Source of the DNA: an uncultured Verrucomicrobiae bacterium
GTDB lineage: Bacteria > Verrucomicrobiota > Verrucomicrobiia > Chthoniobacterales > JAFAMB01
DNA length: 64,000 bases
Direction of reading: 5' to 3'
NCBI GenBank assembly: GCA_963813025.1
Contig: CAWEXO010000011.1
Coordinates: forward strand, 32,001 to 96,000
Below, piece by piece: positions 61,709 through 64,000 of this stretch (its first letter is position 1; each line of letters opens with the position of its first letter). Below the pieces are notes generated by a model. It saw nothing but the letters and a program-made list of their open reading frames with translations. It was not told the DNA's origin and did no database searches. The position numbers were made by a program, and so were the translations under genes.

Positions 61709-62413
61709 CTAGTTGTTCGATGGTATGAGCAGCTTTTGCCCGATCTGCAATTTCTTCGGGTCGGCGATGTTGTTATTCCTCAATAACTCGGTGTAATTCA
61801 CTTTGAAACGCTTCGCGATCCCGGCGGGGCTATCGCCCCGCTGCACGACATAAGTGCGTTCGAGTTGATCGTTTGCCGGCGGAGAAGTGGTCCCGGACTT
61901 TGCCGCTACTTTTGGTGAATCAATCAACTTTTGCACGTCCAGCGGGACCGGTTTGAGCCTGGACTGGTTGGGAATGACTAGTTCCCGGCCAACCGGAACG
62001 CTGCTCCCCGGCCGTAAATTGTTTGCCTTTTCCAAGTCTCGCACTGCCAATCCGTACTGCGATGCGATGCCAGCCAATGTTTCGCCAGACTTAACCCGGT
62101 GAGTTCTGTTCTCGACCTTGTTGATGCCGCTCGCCTGATCATTGCCGGTGTTTTGGCTTCCTGCTGTTTCTTTTGCCATGGCATTGTTCGCCCCTTCCCG
62201 ATTTTCTGTTTGTTGGCGATCCTTCAGCGCGCTGAAAGCAAAAATTCCGCCGACCGCGACGACGTGCAAAAGAAGGACCACGACAAATGCCCGCGAGAGA
62301 CGCACGTTGGGTTCGTCCAGTTCCTGATCCGCATCGGCGTAACGTGAGGCGGCACGTTGTGCAGCGGTTCGCAATTTTCGTGTTTGACTCATCGGCCTTC
62401 GGGTCATTTTCAC
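61709..62413 (-). CDS. Membrane-anchored protein with two LysM domains
   Basis: Single TM; HRVKSGETL..IA..YG and YVVQRGDS..IA..F...LQIGQKL.IP. Confidence 0.88.
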   Translation of the reverse strand: MKMTRRPMSQTRKLRTAAQRAASRYADADQELDEPNVRLSRAFVVVLLLHVVAVGGIFAFSALKDRQQTENREGANNAMAKETAGSQNTGNDQASGINKVENRTHRVKSGETLAGIASQYGLAVRDLEKANNLRPGSSVPVGRELVIPNQSRLKPVPLDVQKLIDSPKVAAKSGTTSPPANDQLERTYVVQRGDSPAGIAKRFKVNYTELLRNNNIADPKKLQIGQKLLIPSNN

Positions 62414-63735
62414 GGCGTTAACTCCTGAACGATTTTGCGAAATTGATCTCCGCGATCGGCGTAATCGCGAAACATATCGAACGACGACGTACCTGGAGAG
62501 AAGAGCACCACATTTCCGGGCTTGGCTTGGGCGCGGGCTTGAGCGACGGCTTCCCGCAAGCTCTTGGCTCGAGAACTTTTGATCGCTCCAGCCCAGGCCT
62601 CGTCCATCGCCGGTGCCATCTCCCCCAGCAAAACGGCATGCTGGACTTTGGTGCGGATGAGCTCTCTCAACGGCTGGAAGGCAAACCCTTTGTCCTTGCC
62701 GCCGGCAATCAGAATGACCGGCTTGGTTTGAGCTTCCAGGGCCTTGGCCAGAGCGTCCGGATTCGTGGCTTTGGAGTCATTGATATAGAGAACGCCATCG
62801 CTAGTCCGGACCAGTTCGCAGCGATGGGGCGGGAGTTGGTAATCCAGCAGGCCTCCTCTCGCTTCCGACCACGGGATCTTCAAGGCGGCGGCCACCCCCA
62901 GCGCTGCCATAAGGTTCTCGGCATTGTGCGGACCGGTTAAACGCGTCTCGTCAAGGCTCAGAATCGGATCGCCCTGAAACAGAATTCTTTTCTCGTGCAA
63001 ACAAAGGTCTGCTCTCCGGTCATAGGCACTGAAGGTTATCCGAGTCGCCGCAAACGGCGGAAGCCGGTCGTAGGAATTCACCACCGCATAGTCTTCCTTC
63101 GTCAGATTTTCGAAGATACGCAATTTCGCGCGCCGATAGGCATCAATCGAAGGATAACGATCGAGGTGATCCGGAGAAAAATTGAGCCAGACCGCAACAC
63201 GAGGCCGAAACGCGCGGATTGCCTCCAGCTGGAAAGAACTGACTTCGACCGCGAAGAAATCCATTTCGTCCTGGCGATCAAGCGCGGCCGACAGCGGTGT
63301 CCCGATATTTCCGCAAGCGATTGCCCTCCGGCCGGCTCGGTTCAACATTGCCTCGATGAGTTGGGTGGTGGTGGTCTTCCCGTTTGTACCCGTGATCGCG
63401 ACAATGGGTTTCGCACAAAAGCCAAAGGCTAACTCCAGTTCGCCAATGCGCTCGGCCGGCACCCAGTTAAAGGCTTTGACCAAAGGCGAGGTCGGATCGA
63501 TCCCCGGGCTCAAGACAAGCAGGTCAAACTGTCCCGCGTCGATGTTGCGGACTGGACGTCCAATGCGCACGACAACCCCTAACTTCTGCATTCGGGCCAG
63601 CTTTGGCGCCAGCTCGCCTGGATCGCCATCATCAAAGACAGTAACCCGCGCGCCTCGTCGCGCCAGCAGCTTCGCGGCCGCTTCTCCGCTTACGCCGAGT
63701 CCAAGCACTGCCACTGATCTCTGCCGCAAATTCAT
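62410..63735 (-). CDS. murD: UDP-MurNAc-L-Ala-D-Glu ligase
   Basis: [46 protein letters not shown]; start MNLRQ overlapping the mraY stop. Confidence 0.96.
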   Translation of the reverse strand: MNLRQRSVAVLGLGVSGEAAAKLLARRGARVTVFDDGDPGELAPKLARMQKLGVVVRIGRPVRNIDAGQFDLLVLSPGIDPTSPLVKAFNWVPAERIGELELAFGFCAKPIVAITGTNGKTTTTQLIEAMLNRAGRRAIACGNIGTPLSAALDRQDEMDFFAVEVSSFQLEAIRAFRPRVAVWLNFSPDHLDRYPSIDAYRRAKLRIFENLTKEDYAVVNSYDRLPPFAATRITFSAYDRRADLCLHEKRILFQGDPILSLDETRLTGPHNAENLMAALGVAAALKIPWSEARGGLLDYQLPPHRCELVRTSDGVLYINDSKATNPDALAKALEAQTKPVILIAGGKDKGFAFQPLRELIRTKVQHAVLLGEMAPAMDEAWAGAIKSSRAKSLREAVAQARAQAKPGNVVLFSPGTSSFDMFRDYADRGDQFRKIVQELTP

Positions 63736-64000
63736 CGCAGTTTTAAGGTGGCCAATCCCAGAAAGGCGAACATGAGCGACATGACCCAAAATCGGACGAT
63801 GACTGTGTTCTCCTTCCAACCTTTGAGCTCGAAATGGTGATGGAGCGGCGCCATCAAGAGAACGCGTTTGCCGCGAAGCTTGAAGCTGCAGACTTGCAGG
63901 ATGACCGACATCGCCTCGATAAAGAAGATCCCACCGACCACAATCAGGAGCAGCTCCTGCTTGCAGCAAATCGCGACCACTCCCAACGTGCTGCCGATCG
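63732..64000 (-). CDS. mraY: Phospho-N-acetylmuramoyl-pentapeptide transferase, 3' part
   Basis: [25 protein letters not shown]. Confidence 0.95.
   Translation of the reverse strand, partial: IGSTLGVVAICCKQELLLIVVGGIFFIEAMSVILQVCSFKLRGKRVLLMAPLHHHFELKGWKENTVIVRFWVMSLMFAFLGLATLKLR

Noticed and set aside
62410..63969. N-terminally extended 519-aa MurD
   Set aside because: The extension overlaps mraY in another frame; the ATG at 63735 is coupled to the mraY stop

Overview
Chromosomal window from a bacterium that is probably Verrucomicrobiota (inferred from the MurC-MurB fusion, the LysM gene between murD and ftsW, and a PATR/T5SS-repeat autotransporter). It carries a GldF/GldG/DUF4340 ABC-type cluster, dGTPase, kup, tRNA-Arg(CCT), an accessory block (esterases, a PrpD-like + ComA-like pair, a macrodomain protein, a LacI-linked sugar ABC operon), prpBCD, a large autotransporter, comM, a sigma70 factor, fur and the distal dcw cluster. 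Intergenic DNA is dense in palindromic repeats: at least three GTAG REP-like families, a MITE-like element and heptamer tandem arrays, plus a decayed RAYT transposase. The main result is two near-identical IS110-family elements, each inserted at the same base of a GTAG REP-like repeat (GGTAGGGC^GAAAATT). The ~380-bp non-coding end of each can be read as a bridge RNA. It has a target-binding loop carrying both target half-sites, a donor-binding loop carrying both halves of the circle junction, handshake-like bases, a promoter that forms only on circularisation, and a terminator. It differs from IS621 in an apparent 1-nt core and in extra 5' hairpins complementary to the guides. Product calls rest on recognised motifs only; no database searches were run.
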